Below are positions 19,301 to 46,528 of a stretch of DNA of 64,000 nucleotides, one piece after another. The stretch covers positions 22,568,001-22,632,000 of the forward strand of contig NC_135252.1 of NCBI RefSeq assembly GCF_964204865.1, read 5' to 3'. The notes below the pieces were generated by a model that was not told the origin of the DNA, ran no database searches, and saw only the letters and a program-made list of their open reading frames with translations. The stretch comes from Styela clava (lineage: Eukaryota). Made by a program: the position numbers and the translations under genes. The stretch's first letter is position 1; every line of letters starts with the position of its first letter.

Positions 19301-20834
19301 CTGGGTTTTGTTTAATCCATGTTTCTGTCCTGTCACATTTGCCCATGATCAATTTTTTGTCTGCAGGCTCCAATTTTAATTCAGGATTTTCAATATCAAT
19401 TTTTACGTACTTAACGTATTCAGAAAGCAGGTTTTTGTCTCCTCCAATCTTTGTATTATCTGCATTATGTTTTATGCTTAAATTCTGAAACATAAATACA
19501 TTTTTTCTAAATAGACAGATGGAATGAATGCAAACAATGTAAAAGTTCTTTTTTTAAAATGAATCAAAAAAGAATTAAGAATGCCCACCACCTCATCCGG
19601 GGCAATACCGAGCCGAAAACAACATAAAACAGCATCCTACATACCAGCGGCTTTGTGTACATGGGTTTTTTTGCGGGAAAATGCATTTACTTACTTGGTA
19701 TGTAACGTACAGTCTATTGAAACATTAAACAAAGTCTTTCTCAAACTATGCATACCTTGTTTTTCCCCCATAATTGTTTTAATACTTCAGAATATACATT
19801 CCAAATACTTTCAAATGTTGACTGCAGCTTTACGTGTGAGGAATCCTTCGAATTAAAATAAATGTAATTTATTTTTTCAGTTAGAAATTTGGTTACTGAG
19901 TCCAAATTTGGATATATTTTTATTTTGTTTATATATATTTTTAATGCCATATTAAGCAGTCTCAATCAAAAGATTTATAAAACTAAAATACCTGAAATTT
20001 CATTCAATTTGGGACAGTCTGCTCAAATTCTTAATGTTGCAACTGGCATTAAATAAATTGCATATAATCTCACAAGGTTTCTTAAAACTTCCTCTCCGTT
20101 TGTGCACAAGTCAATCAGCATTGTTGAATCGTCCGAGTTGAAATCATATTTTTTTGTCTTGACTGCATTTCTGACATGCTCTATGTACTTTTTCAGCTTG
20201 TCTCTTGCTTTCTTTTCTTCTTCACATTCCTGGACATAACATATGTATGATTTTGTATAGATGAAATGCCTATTTAAAAAAAAATGTAAAAATACATATG
20301 CTAATTAGCTCACCTTTATTAGTCGGAAGATTTCATTTTTTTTGTTTGTATATACCTCCTCTTCTTCATCCTTAAAAATAAAAATATAGCCCAGGATAAG
20401 TAATATAAGTAGTAAAAAAACGTTAACATAATTGCACTGAAGTGATATTTTTACGTATAATAGTCAAACCTTTGGAATGGTAGAACGTTTATGTATTATG
20501 AAAGTTAAAATACAATTTCGATTATGAAATATTCAATATATTGTTGTCTGAACCACAACAATTTCCCGGATGAATTCAAATTTTGCAATTACTTTTGAAC
20601 AACAATTTATCTTAATGTTCACAATTTTAGTATTACTATACTTACTCGATGGTTTTCAATCCACTCCAACATGTCATTGCACTTTTCTGATATTTTATTT
20701 TTGTGTGTTTTCGATAACTCCAAGCATGGAATATTTTGTATTTGGCCATATATCAACGTTTCCAAATTATTTCTTACTTCATCTTGCAGCTGCATTTTTA
20801 TATCATTTTCGTCAAATTTCTTGTTTTCATCAAT
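16375..20834 (-). repeat. Coding tandem array of four lid modules in gene B
   Basis: [22 protein letters not shown]; [22 protein letters not shown]; [23 protein letters not shown]; [23 protein letters not shown]. Each is followed by a short helical phase-0 exon (e.g. [22 protein letters not shown]). Confidence 0.82.
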
Positions 20835-23800
20835 CTAAATTATAAATAATTATTGATACTCGACTAGGTTACACAAAAACAGGTAATTATAAATAATTTA
20901 GGTTTTTAATATTTTATTGGTTTCATATAGAATGAAAGATGATGTAAAATTTTTTTGCCCAATTAAAAGTTAATATGCAATGCTATTACCAAAAAGAACT
21001 TACCAATGGCTTAATATTAAGTTCGTTCCAATCAGAATTATATATTACACCACTCGGTGTGATGTCCAGAATACCATTTTCGTCCATCCGGAGCGTCACC
21101 TTTAGTTTTTGAGTTGATCCTTCTAATTTTGTTTGAGATATTAGCAAGGGCTCAACGCTGTAATCCAGTTTCTCATATACCTTAAAAATGAACAATTTTA
21201 TAAATGCAAACTGAGTTTACATATGGATTGTTTTGATGAATTGTTATTAATGTGCATTCGTTAGAAAAGAACCGTGTGTCTCCTAAAATGATGACCCCTA
21301 TATCAAATTTTTAGATAGGAGTCGTCGGAAGACGTGGAATTTATTCTGAACTTTACGCTCGATATTTCACCCCCGAAGTTGCATTTTCATTCAAATTTAT
21401 AAAAACATATTTTTGTGTAAGGTAACACTTTTATCATTAACGTTTTTTGTTCGATAGGGATAAAAATCGTTCTTAATAATTTAAGTGAACCCCAAAATGT
21501 TTAACATGAAATGTCATGTTCCAATAGAAATCAGGGTAAAATTGACAAATATTGAAGTAATAGCCTTTTATCAAATTCTCAAATACCGGAAGAAACGACG
21601 CTCGCAGTGTCTCAAAGAAAACAAACACACCGTCAACTGCAAAAGTACAAACAATTACAATTTGTAATAATTATTAGTCTCCCAAAGTGTCCAATAAGCA
21701 TATAATATAAAGAATTAAAAATTTGGTTTTGTATAGTTCGGGACAGTGCCACGCTAAATGTGCTTAGTAATCATATAGCCATAAGAGGTCACCGATAATA
21801 GTGGCTCAGCAGTATTTGTCCAAGACAAATACTGGAAAAATTGCACAACAGGTTGCAAGATCTGGCGAACAGGCAAAACCTAAATAACGCACATGACCTA
21901 TTTATGGTTTACAGAACTAAGCAGAAATAAAATAAAATTTCTTCTCTCGCACGCAGTGAAGACGAAAAACACCCGGCTGCTACAGCCGTGTCTTTTTCGG
22001 AACAATAATTATAACATTAAGCCAAATCGCGAATTATTTTTTTATATGATCTTAAAATCAATCCCTTATTCAATTTACAGCTTCCACGCGCATGACTTCA
22101 ACAGGGATCAAATTTTCGCTTTTATCGCCCATTGAATAGTTCACGAAAGCGATTGTTTTAGATAACTAATCACCTTCAAATCATTTGGTGTCTCAGGAAA
22201 CTCGTGAATTTTCTCATTGGGAATTTTTTTGTTCTTTGCCAAGATTTCTTTTCCAGAAACAGATACACTGTGTGGATAAACTTCACTTACTTCGAATTTC
22301 TCCATCTTAAAAGAGACGAAAATACATGAAAATAAAAATGTAAAAACATTTTTATTAGATATTCGATATTGATATGAACATTAAATATCAGCACAGCCTG
22401 GTAAGTACAATCGCTTCAATATGAAATTCATACTAATGATATAGTTTTGCATGGTACTTTATATATATTATCTCCTAATTCAGAAGTGTGTAATCTGCAG
22501 CCCGCGGGCCAAACTCGGCCCACAAAGAAAAATTGGGAGAAGCGAAGCGAATCGAACAACGCATGGTATACAACTAATAACCAAAAAATGTGCCTATAGG
22601 CATTAGAAACCCCGTGTTAAATAAAGATGTGGACCGCGGTTTCACCCATTTAATCGTATCTGGCCCTCCGGCATTATGGGTTACCAACTGCTGGCGTAAT
22701 ATATAAACAATAAAAATTACTTCTTTAGTTTCGAACACAATTCCCGCCTGAATAGCGGCGCCACATGCCATTGCCTCATCTGGATTAATTGACTTGTAAA
22801 ATTTCGATCGGCTGAAAAACTGTTTAAGAAATGCTCGAATTTTGGGAATACGTGAACTGCCGCCAACAAGAATGACGTCATCGATCTTAAAACAAATTGT
22901 TTTATTCATTAAATATTATATAATTTGATATTATGTGGCGCTTTTTGTAATAATTTTTAGGAAATTATAGATTTAATTATTCCAGAAAATGTATTCTAGT
23001 AGTCGAAGCAAAAAGATTTCATATTTCATATATAGGTTTTAATCAATGTGCACTACCAGTCACTATTGATCAAAATTTGACAAGTCGTTATACCTCCTCT
23101 TTTCTTAACTTGTTAGACTCGCAAGCTTCTTTTATAATTTCTTCGACTTTTTCGAACAAGTTTTTATTAATTTTTTCAAACTCATCTCGATTTAGTGACA
23201 ATTTGACTGACTTATTTTCAGATACGATATCCACTTCCGAACTGCAATAACAAAAAGTTATCGATAAATTTATGCAAAATTAAATAAGCTAATTGAAAAA
23301 AAACGTGGCAACCCCGGTAATGTTACTGTAATAATAAATTTAAATAGATACATGCGTTGCGTTTTTATGCAGGAGACAAGGGAGTAAGTGTGATAATGCT
23401 TGTAACACCAACATTTTGTCTTGGAAAATTGATGATGTTTCTCTGCTATTTTCGGATTCGAGTGTAAGCAACATATATTCGCACAAAGACTACTTGAAGG
23501 GGTATAAAATTGCAAATTAATTTCCCTCCTAAATTTGCATACGAACAAAATATAATTTTAAATTGTGGTTGAGGTTTTTGACTTTAAAAACGACAAATAT
23601 GTCAAATGAGTCTTTTTGTTTTTGGATGAAAATGTTGCAAATAACATCTTTAAAATAATCATATTTCCAATCAAATATTCGTTCCTAGTTAGCATATAGT
23701 TTACGAATTACGACAATAAATCATTATCGACAATAAATAAGTCATATTAAATTATCATTCGGTAAATTCGTTTCATTGTTAAAATATCCACTAATTTCTC

Positions 23801-26800
23801 AAAGTATGAATTTGCTTGCTTATAACGTGCATAAGTTATTTTCATAATCTTGCAGTTGTGGGTTTTTTTGATATTATAACTAGTGATATAGCTGCATAAG
23901 AATACAATATTAACATTCGTTTTGTGCAATAGAGCTTCTTTTAGGCCATTGTCGAGTTGAACTATAATACTTAGATCTATTCAACAAAACAAAACAATAA
24001 ACACAATACACTTACTGAGCCTGAAATGCCACAGATAAATTACGTTTTAGCTTTTCACATGAGTTTTTTAGACGAATTAAATTCCTTTTTTCTTCGGTTT
24101 TGATATTGAACTCTTTACCAAAATGTTGAATCAGTTCATAATCTATACTCTCGCCTAGAAAAAAGATGAAAAATTTAATAATAATAATTTACAATTTAAA
24201 CAAATTGTAAATTAATTATAAAAATCTGAGCAAAATGCCCGACTGTCTAAATCAGGGTTTCACAAAATTTTTGGGCCGCTGAACCCTGTATATAAACAAG
24301 AAAACAATCTCGATTTTCAAAATCGGTTTTGTTTTATATAATATATCACGAACACATTCTTATCTGACAATATTTATCAAATATATTTTTGTTTTCACAC
24401 TAAACCGCGTGTGTTTAATTGTTACAAATACCTCCTAGACTGCAGTCTCCATATGACCAAACTATTTGTATAAGTGGGCCATGTATTGTGGCCAAGCTTA
24501 TATCCAATGACCCTCCTCCAAAGTCCAAAATAAATATTTTTTTCTCCTGATTTGCCTGCAATATTGAAAACAAGAATATTAAAATTTAAAGATTAATTAT
24601 CATACCTAGCAAAGCTAAATTTGTTTTAGTTAAATTTCACCATTTTTTCTTCCCTGTTTTAGCAAATTGAAGCAGAAATGCTGCCAATATTACTAAATAA
24701 TGTAAAAAGATGTTAGTGGTATTACCCTATTCATATCGATAACACGCAATTTATATTTTATATGATAACATGGCTATGATAACAAGGCCTATACAATTGA
24801 AATATTATCATATTTTAAAAATAAATTTAAATTTCGTAATTCTTTATCATGACTAAATAGGACTATTAATTGCGGATTCCTTCAGCTAACAATTTGTGAG
24901 ATGTATATGTTCTGTCTACAAAGTTTTACATTTTGTGTAAGAGCAAAATTAAAAACATTCAATAAAGTTTGAATGTTAATGCCTGGTAAATTCAACTAGG
25001 ATAATGAAATTTAAAAAATCCAAAAGAGATATCTTTCAAATAATTTAATGAACGGTTTAGATGTTTAATTTAATCTTTGTAGTATTCATTCGCTAAAATG
25101 TAAACGGGAATAAGCTCATATTCATTTCATGATATTAATAAAGTTGGAAACAATCAAAAAATGTTAAGTAAGGTTAACTATAAAAACATATCAAACCTGC
25201 CCGTCAAATGCATAAGCAAGTGCAGCAGCCGCCGAATCAGAGATCAATTTAATGTCTTCAAAACCTGCAATTTCCCCAGCATTTAAGGTAGCTTGACGTT
25301 GTGCATTGCTAAAACTTGAAGGAACGGAAATAACTGCTCTTTTCACTGATGCATTTAGATGCGATTCTGATAACTTCCTCATCCTTTCTATAATCATGGC
25401 GATAACTTGTTCGGGATGTAACGTCTGTGTTTCAGTTTTTTTTTCATAAGATAACTGTAACAAATTTATTTGTCATTTTTTCATTATAATATGTTTGGTT
25501 ATTCAATCCAAAATATTTATAGAACAATGTTTATCCGTTTTCAGATGGAGGAATTGTCGTAATTTAATCTTATACCACCATGAAATATAATGATTACAAT
25601 TTTGTGATTTTAACTGTATAATAAGAAAGGTTTTGCATATTACTTAGAAATGGTTGAACATCTTTTTATCAAATTATGTGTATAAACTTTTGACTCAATT
25701 TATCTGCTGTATAATTGTAGAAAGTCAAATTTAAGAAACAAATAAAAATTTCAAAAATGATTTGAACAAAAATCATATATGAGTCATTGTCCAAATATTG
25801 GTTTACAATCGATTGACGTAAAATCCTCATCGTTATGACAACCAAACTAAAAATAAAATGATTATATTTGGATGATAAGCCCACCGGAATCTTAATTTGA
25901 TGGGCTTCATTTCCAGTTATCGGGTAGCCGACCATTATTTGAATATTATTCACAACTGGATCATCTGTCAATCTTCCAGCAAGCTGCTTTACATCTGCAA
26001 GAATATTTAAATAAATAAAGACGCGAGAATAGAAATATTAAATTATATTTTCAATGGCCTGCAAACGTAAAAGGAAAACAAAATTGAAGCTAAAAAATAT
26101 CTTTTTTTTTTGGAATGAAATTCACGAGAGAAGTTTGAATAAACGATCTCAATATTGTATTTAAATTGCATAGCTAAGCAAAGTATGATACAGCTGTTTT
26201 AACTGTTTAAAACTAATCGGCCATGACAAAAATATTATTTACAGATAAAAAATTGATAGCAATTGAAACAAATTAAAAATAGATCGACTGTTAAAAATGA
26301 AAGACAAATATGTCGTGTTATCTAATCTTAAGAAACGTTCTAAAAATAACACTTCGTATTACATACGTTTTTAGCATTGTTACACAAGCATGTATAAAAA
26401 AACATCGAAAAACGTCGGAACCCTTTCTTACTATCTCAATACAATCTTTTACAAAGACAGCCTGTGAGAATTGGATTGCTGAGATTTTAGAGTGTATTAG
26501 ATATATTGTACCCATTCAAGCGAAACATTAGATTCATTTCAAATCTAATAAAAAGTATTTATAGTTATCTTTTAAATTGTCCAAGCTGCCCAAGTTTGGC
26601 ATTAAGTGTGTAAGATCAGCTCGAATTAGACAAAAACATTACATATCTACAAATATGAATACAATAAATTTTCACACATAAAATGGGTTGTCGAGGAGCT
26701 AATTAGTAAGTTTTAAAAATATATCTTACTGTAAAAGGTGTTGTCTGGATTAATTGGTGCTTGATGCTTTGCAGATTCTCCAAACAGACGCTCATCATCG

Positions 26801-27218
26801 GTAAAAGCAACGTACGCTGGTGTTAGTCGATTTTCGTGCTCATTTGGGATGATCTCAACCTAGGAAAATGGAATCTATATAAAACTATACAATGTATATA
26901 CTTATCGCAAAATATCAAAATGCCATATAAAGCCTTATAAAAAACATAAACATAATATATAGCATGAAAATAAAATATTAAATAAAAAAATACTACAAAA
27001 ATTGCTTATCAAAATAAAAATAAAATGAAACTACAAATGATGATAAACGTTACAATTTAAATATATTGACAAAAGATATATTAATTTGGCAATGTTTCTG
27101 GAGCCGGTTTAAACGTAAAGTAAATATCTAAGAAATCTTATACCTTTCCATTTATTAATGCACCGACACATACAAAATTCGTCCCAAAGTCGATTCCTAT
27201 GGCTATATCTTTACTCAT
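16375..27218 (-). CDS. Non-canonical Hsp70-family protein B (~830 aa): divergent ATPase domain, eroded SBD-beta, four tandem lid (SBD-alpha) repeats
   Basis: Exons: 27218-27144, 26859-26730, 25994-25885, 25454-25197, 24555-24432, 24154-24016, 23241-23094, 22885-22721, 22305-22174, 21180-21004, then lid pairs 20834-20646/20370-20314, 20229-20074/19845-19756, 19484-19302/18557-18465, 16739-16587/16479-16375. The last exon may instead splice at 16390 to a terminal exon 15955-15926. Motifs [48 protein letters not shown]. No stops or frameshifts in the model. Confidence 0.85.
16974..17700 (-). mobile_element. LINE (CR1/L2-group) 3' end fragment in intron of gene B
   Basis: Minus strand ends AAAATAAACTACTGATACTGATACTG (polyA signal plus short tandem tail), preceded by a stem-loop-like CTCGATAGCCATTACTGGTTTATCGCG. 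5' boundary approximate. Confidence 0.55.
22481..22693. mobile_element. Degenerate hAT MITE
   Basis: CAG...GCAGCCCGCGGGCCAAACTCGGCCC ... TGGCCCTCCGG...ACTGCTG, typical hAT subterminal GGCCC motifs; TSD degraded. Confidence 0.5.
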
Positions 27219-29443
27219 GATGTTCTGGTTTCTCAGCAGTCAAAACATATATGTAGTAATATAATATATGGCATAAATAATTTAACAAGTTCTTTCTGAA
27301 AAAAAATGACATCATGTTGGTTAAATGAAAAAGAATTTTTGCTATACACAAAAGTTTGTATTTTTGTAATGTTAAGTTTGATAAATCAGTTCGAATCGTG
27401 CAAGTGTATAACACCTATATAAGAAGACTTACACGATTTTATGCATGCAAATAGTTTTAGTGTAGAAAGAGACACTAGTATTAGTCCGCAGATTCAATGC
27501 ATTATATACCTAAATTCACAATAATTTTAAACAGAATACAATAAATACTAATATTGTGCAAAGAAGGTTTCACAATTGAAAAAACCAAAAATGTTTTGAC
27601 TTATCCACGCAATTCAATATTAATTACTGCAAAAAATAAAACGCCAGGGTCAAATGGTGCTAGAAATAGGAACATATTTTATTATACTTCCCCGTTTTAT
27701 AGCTGTGAGATTAATCAAGCGTCTAATTTCATATATCAGATAACAAATTTATACCAAATCAACCTACAAAGCTATCCGAAATCCTATACAATAGATAATT
27801 CTCAAATAGATAACAATTAGATTATAGATAACAATTTTTAGATAACAATCATAAAAATTTTCATTTTTCTGTCGTTATTAAAGTTTGTTACATAGAAAAA
27901 AAATTCAAAGTTGTAAGCAGATACATTGAATAAATGCCCAATAAATCACGAGTGATACAAGAGACAAAAACACATTTCCTAGGGTGATCAACTGAACGTG
28001 GAGAGAATTAAAGCAAACAAAATATGTCTAGTACAATAGTGCAGCCATTTAACAAGCAGTGAACAGCTTTAAAGGGATCAGGTAGATTAAATTCAGTTTG
28101 TAAATTCAATTTCTATCATTTGTACAGAATTGAAATTTAAAGGATACTTTTATAATAACCTCCATATTTCCCCTCCGTGTATGTAACATAAAATGTAAAA
28201 GTTCCAAGTATAGTTATTGAAAATTAAAGTTTATTTATAAAAATCTGTCGTTAACCGCAAGCGGTAAAGCATTAGTTAAACATCGAGCCTAAAATATTTG
28301 TAGCAGACAATTGTATAAAATAACGTATAAACTAATGTTATGAAGCCGAAAAATATTTGGGTAAATATCAGGTTCGGTCTGATTTGAAAAAAAGAGTTAA
28401 CGAAAAAAGTATTTACCTTCCTGACTACTTTTTCAAACTACGGTAAAATGAACCCATTACCAAAAATACCAGCAACAAGAGTCAATTCAACAGAAACAGC
28501 AATAAAGAAAAATGATCAATATGATGTTTTCAATAAAATAGAGAAATACAGTGGATATATATATTTTTATGTAATGAAAAATTTGCAACATATATCCGTC
28601 TATCTGGGGGAACCGTACTGGCAGATTACCAGCATTGGGATAGTAAGATCGGCTATCAAATTGAGAGATGTTTTGAATATTCCCATTGTTTCTAATGTGC
28701 TATTTTAAACGCATTTAAGTCATTTTAATCTCGTGGATACTTGTACATGTTAATATAAAATTATTTAATACTTTTAAAAGTCTGTCAAAATTAACCTTGA
28801 TCACATTAAATACAGATCGGGTTGTTTCAATGTGGTGAGCTAACTAGACTCAGTAATTATATATCATTTTGACTCTATGATGCATTTCGTTATTTTATCA
28901 ACGCTCATTAATTATCAGGAAAATAATGTACACACATATAGTTGCATATTACGTAATAATTCAGCATGAATATGAATAAATCGACTATTTAAAGTAAGAA
29001 GTTTAAACGAAATACTATATAAAAATTCTATTCGTATTTGTTATCATTAATTAAGGGGGTGTTTGCGGTATCTGAAATAAGTATCAGTAAAATTATTTTG
29101 GTATTCAAGTAATTTTTGATTATCAATGAGATGATTGTAACAAAATCGATTAAGTAAGAAGAAACTTAATCTCCAGTGGAATTCGATAAATTATAGAAAC
29201 AAAATTGGCAATAGCATTTTGTCATATTAATTGCCAAGAACACCATTCGAAAACGTTATACTATGATGAAAAGGTTAATGAAAAGTTTCATGAATCGTCT
29301 TTTGTGTCTGTTTCTTTCTGTTAAAAATAAAAACAATTTTTAATGAAAACGATTTTCAAAAACTTCAATTTTTCATCTAATACATTTTTTTTCTTCAATA
29401 GAAAAAAAAAAAAATTTTTCAATCGAAAACATTTAAGGGGTCT

Positions 29444-30109
29444 CAGGGGGTCTCCAACACGCGGCCCGCTAGGCATTTTTTTCCGCCCCGCGTCATGGTT
29501 GGGATTTTTAAACAAAAAACTAAAATAGTACGATGTCAACTACTAGTAAGTTTTATCGTGTCATTTATCATCAAGAGTCAGGTCTAACAAACTGTAAAAA
29601 GTGGAGCAAATATTTTTCCCTTTTATCCAGGTTCATGTTTTATTCTATTGTTATAATTCAATTATAAATGCAATAATTTCATTTCGCAAGTTCATTATTA
29701 CAAAATAAACTAGTTTCGGTCAGTCCATTGTGCCCGAAGAAATATTTGCAAAGCTAATTGCACATTTACGTCGCATACCTGCGATGCTTGGCAGTTCTCA
29801 TATTCGCGACCAGTTTTTTTTTCAACTACGAAAGTTAGCAAGTCAGCCCTCCGCACACGACTAACGGACGAGCATTTGCATGTTGTCTTAAGACTAGCAA
29901 ACCAACGCAATATAAAGCCAAACATCGAGACTAAATATCCAGCACAAGTAATCGAATATGTTTCATGTCTCGTTTGCTCTAAGATTCAAGTGTAATTTCA
30001 ACACAATTCTTCAGATACCCATTTTTGTATCTAGTTTCTTGGTTTGGTTTCTTGGTTTTCCGCGTGGTCAATAAATTTTCCGCGACATGTTTTGAATTGA
30101 AGACCCCTG
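29444..30109. mobile_element. hAT MITE between genes B and C
   Basis: CAGGGGGTCTCCAACACGCGGCCCGC ... TTGAAGACCCCTG; flanks ATTTAAGG (29431-29438) and ATTTAAAG (30110-30117), with 5 extra bases at the left end. Confidence 0.7.
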
Positions 30110-30628
30110 ATTTAAAGCGTTATTCTGCAGCAATACTTAGTATCATTGTCTTGATAACACCAGTAGTGATCATAAAGTCACTTCTGTTCGGTTAATAATG
30201 CTATCAATTGCGCTACACAAAAGGCAAACACTTTACAAAGTACGTAGTTTATTCAAGTTCATATTAAATGGAATACATTTATAAATCATGGCAACAATGC
30301 ACGCCTTTTATAATATATTTTGTATGAATATCAGAGACAAGCTTTAAATTTTGATTGCAAAACTAAACCATACCTGAATGTAACTATGTCGAAGTTCACG
30401 ACTGAGGAACACGATTGTTCCAACATCTCATATTATTATTTTCAATTTATATAGAAAATTGGTAATACTTTAATTTAACAGTATTTTACTATATTACTAC
30501 CATACATCTAAATATTCTATCTTAAACTCATATGTTAAAACATGAACTTCAATATTCAGGGCTTAACTCGTTTAAAGTTTTCTTATGACGAATTGCAGAA
30601 TGCGTATTTATGATAATACCAGTTGTAT

Positions 30629-43779
<13,151 letters not shown>

Positions 43780-44093
43780 CTTTTTAGTGAATCCAAAAGT
43801 ACTGAATCATACCCTGCGTTGCATAGCCTGAAATTACAGTCACGAGTTACTTCCCTTTTTACAATACAATGTACCCAGACGAAAACTATTTCGTGCTCGG
43901 AAACAGCGAATCGCGTCGTTGTTTGCTTGAGTTGTTGAGACTAACGCCCCACCAACAAACCGCGATGGAGTCGAAATAAGGAGACCGGATTGAACCGGAT
44001 TGCTCATTTGAAAACAGAAAACGTGATTTACGTAGTTTCTGAGGCAAGAAATAAAACGGGAAATGATCCTAAATAGTAAAGTGTTTTGGTAGA

Positions 44094-44113
44094 AAATATT
44101 CCAGAAATTTTTC
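44094..44113. promoter_or_regulatory. Degenerate heat-shock element candidate upstream of gene C
   Basis: AAA-ta-TTC-ca-GAA-at-TTT: two perfect inverted nGAAn units plus two single-mismatch units in register, ~320 bp upstream of the ATG. Confidence 0.3.
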
Positions 44114-46321
44114 ATTTTTTGTATATAGTTGTTAAAATCAGAATTTTATGTTGTGTCAAGCCTCGCTGATTTTATGGAATTATATTCATCTTGAATGAAA
44201 TGGATCTGGTGTATTCATGTTGATTTCGTTTAAGTTTGGTCTTTGCTTATCCCAAAATAATACAATTAACTAATGTCGATCTTTATGTAGCCATCCATAC
44301 ATGAAACAATCTGTAATGGTATATGAGGTATCGCATTTCTTCATATTGTCTTTCCTTTGACAATGAATAGTCACCTTTGTAAGTTGTGACCTGTTCATCC
44401 AATTGTAATATTATATACAAGTCGAGGTGTTGATTTTCTCATGCGTGAAATGACCTTATATGAATTAATATTTAAAATGCCTGAACGCGACAAACGGTGC
44501 ATCTAACCAATACCACAGCGCTCCACAGCGGCACCAAGTATAGCTTATCCATTTTGGGTATTAAGAGAAGCCACCGATCAATAATACATTGTGTTTGCTT
44601 GTAATAATTGAAGATTTAGAATAAGACTTTAGATTTAAAATTAGACAAAGCTGGATGTATTTTATTGGTATTCGTCACATAACGACAGTCTCTATCTCTG
44701 TGTTATCGTCACTTGACAAACAGAACAATAAATTCCGCAAACAACAATAAGATCATAAGTTTTAATGTAAACAGGCGTCAGAATTATATAAGAAATCAAA
44801 TATCTTAACTCTGTGTTAAAATTAACCCATTACATATTGAATACTAAAATTATATCCGTTTATGAATTGTACTACTTTTCTTATTTTCCTTAAATTATTT
44901 TAATTTAATCGAAAATCTCAAGAATCGATGCGCTCAAATATCATGTAATTATACAAGGGGCCAAACAGCGTCATTAAGTTAAATTTTAATTTATTACCAA
45001 GAATTTAAAGCTTATTTAGCTATGAATATAATGAGTGTTTTTTTGCAAAACATACGTGAATCGAATATACCTATAATAAAATTTCCAGTAGACCCAACTC
45101 CTACAACGATTCTTGCGTGTCAGCAAGGTTTGCCGCTATATCTAAGCGGCGCTTGGTAAACAGATTCAGTATTTACAAAGGTCGTATAAAGTATCGTATG
45201 ACGGACGGGTAGCATCCTTTATTATCAGCGCAAACAAAGCACGAATACCCATTTGCCAGTTAAACATTTCAAAGAGGATTTAAAAGGAAAATAAAAGTGA
45301 TTTTCAGTGATATTGAGGACAATGCAACTTTAACCATCCTTATGCATTTAACAGCTTCCGATTCTGTAAATGTCCTCTATACTGCAAAATGAAATATCCA
45401 TGACAAAATCAAAATGGGCATATTGATATAGGATTGGAACGTTTAAACAACGTGTTCATATGCAACGAAATTAGTACAGGCCACCTATTTAACTGTTGTG
45501 AGGGATAAAGGTCAATGAAATGAGAAAACCGTAATAATGTTATCTGGTATTGATTATATAATACTTCATTCTTGACAAAAGTAAATTATAAATTTAAATC
45601 ATAAAATACCATCATTTGAAATTCAATAAATTCTAGTGTGTCCCATGGACTCGATAGATAGCGCCAGAGATTTACAAATAGCGCTGCAAATAATCGATCC
45701 ACTTCAATAGACAGAGACGCCTGTGGTAACTGAACTCGTCGACTGAATTGGAATGTTTGTGAATCGTTCCGCATTCACGATTTGAATCATAGGCAGGTAA
45801 TGTTGTATGTAATATAGAGATATATGTAAATCATGTATCATGTAGAGAAGACGTGAAGCCAATTTATATGAAGAAAAGTTTGGTGAGAAATTTATGTGGT
45901 ATTTAAAATATATATATATATATATTCGTTATCAGTAATCTAAAAACTTTTTACGCCTGGAATAGCCAATGTTACTATGCTAAGCAGATAATGTATGCTC
46001 TCTAGTTACAGAGAGCACAATTGCTTGGTTACAATGAGCGAACCATATGTTCTATCATAGTAATATTCTATTTTTATAAGTGCAAATTTGATCAATAGTG
46101 CAGAATTTGTATTTTATCTTGAATATTTTTCTGAATTTGATACATATAATTGTATAATATTATCGTAGTATTGTCGATAGTTGTTGCTGATAGGAAAATC
46201 TTAAGATCTGATATGAAAGCCCGTAGAGTACGATTGGATATAGGTTAATAACTAGGACGCTACAAAAATTCGGTTTTTGTAGAGCTAGGGCTCTAATTCT
46301 GTGTGGTTTGGTACATATAAC

Positions 46322-46528
46322 ATCGCTCCAGAAGTATTTATACCAATATAGAGGTAACTAATTTTTTTCGCCTACTGTACATCAAGTTATCAAGTTGTGT
46401 AAAGGGATGGAAGCCTATGAGGGGGACAAAAACAGATAGTTCTCGGACTTGTAATAAATTTAAAATAGGGAAAATCGAAATAAAATGATGGTCTAACTCT
46501 AACCCGGTACATATATTACGGGAGTACC
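46322..46528 (+). mobile_element. Copy of the GG..CC MITE family in the C/D intergenic or 5' UTR intron region
   Basis: CGCTCCAGAAGTATTTATACCAATATAGAGGTAAC ... GGTACATATATTACGGGAGTACC. Confidence 0.7.

Noticed and set aside
19992-20043. Possible extra small exon in gene B
   Set aside because: In-frame stops with each candidate acceptor and an implausibly short intron; 19845-19756 fits frame and helix pattern instead.
16375-27218. Calling gene B a pseudogene or a true Hsp110/HSPA14 orthologue
   Set aside because: All 18 exons are open with valid splice sites; intron positions match A and C and the extra length is lid repeats, not the Hsp110 acidic loop.
28448-28708. ORF with faint hemopexin-like YIYFY..PYWQ wording
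   Set aside because: Too short and degenerate, with no flanking exons; needs a profile search.
44480-44540. tRNA/SINE-like A-box on the minus strand
   Set aside because: No B-box or cloverleaf could be established; no tRNA or rRNA gene supported in the window.
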